Sequence record: NC_027402.1
Reading direction: 5' to 3' (one strand)
DNA: 64,000 nt
Numbering within the stretch: position 1 is the stretch's first letter; the number at the start of each line of letters is the position of its first letter. The translations under genes were made by a program, and so were the position numbers. Shown piece after piece: positions 63,636-64,000 of this stretch. The notes below the pieces were generated by a model that was given only the letters and a program-made list of their open reading frames with translations, had not been told where the DNA came from and searched no databases.

Positions 63636-63935
63636 ATGAGAATCAAATTACTGACTCGCGCTTTAACCTCTCGTATCGAACCTGAGATTTACACCACCCC
63701 GACGAAGAAGAATACCGATGGTAGTCCGATCGTGGTTGGTAAAATCCTGAACGTGACCACTCGTGCTGATGGTCAGCGCGTTCTGGAAATCGAAATCGAC
63801 GAACGTAACCGTAACCGCTTCAAGGGCATTTCTAATATCAACCCTAAAGATGACAGTCAAGTCACCGAGTGGGCAGAAATGCATTTCGAAGTTTGGCATA
63901 AACGTCGTCTGTTACTCCCACTGAAAAAACGCTAA
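63636..63935 (+). CDS. Hypothetical protein
   Basis: 99 aa ORF. Confidence 0.55.
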   Translation: MRIKLLTRALTSRIEPEIYTTPTKKNTDGSPIVVGKILNVTTRADGQRVLEIEIDERNRNRFKGISNINPKDDSQVTEWAEMHFEVWHKRRLLLPLKKR

Positions 63936-63950
63936 TTGACGGAGCGCTAA

Positions 63951-64000
63951 ATGGCAGGTCCAGCTAAACAAGTCATGGGTGAAGTGATTCGCCCTCGTTT
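63951..64000 (+). CDS. 5' fragment of a gene running off the window (possibly UvsX/RecA-like by synteny)
   Basis: GGAG SD, then MAGPAKQVMGEVIRPR; identity inferred only from recalled phiKZ gene order. Confidence 0.3.
   Translation, partial: MAGPAKQVMGEVIRPR

Overview
This window is part of a phiKZ-related jumbo myophage genome (Chimalliviridae-like). The host is probably an enterobacterium, inferred from a DUF1471 gene and T-even gp38-like adhesin sequence. Layout: 1-11379 is a + strand array of paralogous tail/baseplate-fibre genes in repeated A-B-C cassettes, with one relic gene and a gp38-like adhesin domain. 11452-13497 is a lysis-type cluster (GH108 lysozyme, micro-ORFs, DUF1353, M15 peptidase). 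14848-34671 is a - strand run of three giant tail-fibre genes, a coiled-coil fibre gene, three Cys-every-fourth-residue (CXXX) peptide genes, two radical SAM enzymes and accessory or fibre-chaperone-like genes. After that come a baseplate spike, a DUF1471 gene, early-type accessory genes, an SbcC-like ATPase, GNAT, macrodomain, gp144-like transglycosylase, candidate spanins, a DEDDh exonuclease and RNase HI. The main candidate new system is the phage-encoded radical SAM/CXXX-peptide (RiPP-like) cluster inside the tail-fibre operon, which has no recognisable exporter or leader peptidase. I saw no tRNA, rRNA, CRISPR array or transposase. All family assignments come from motif recognition by eye, not database searches. 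Several starts were moved from the ORF track to fit Shine-Dalgarno sites.
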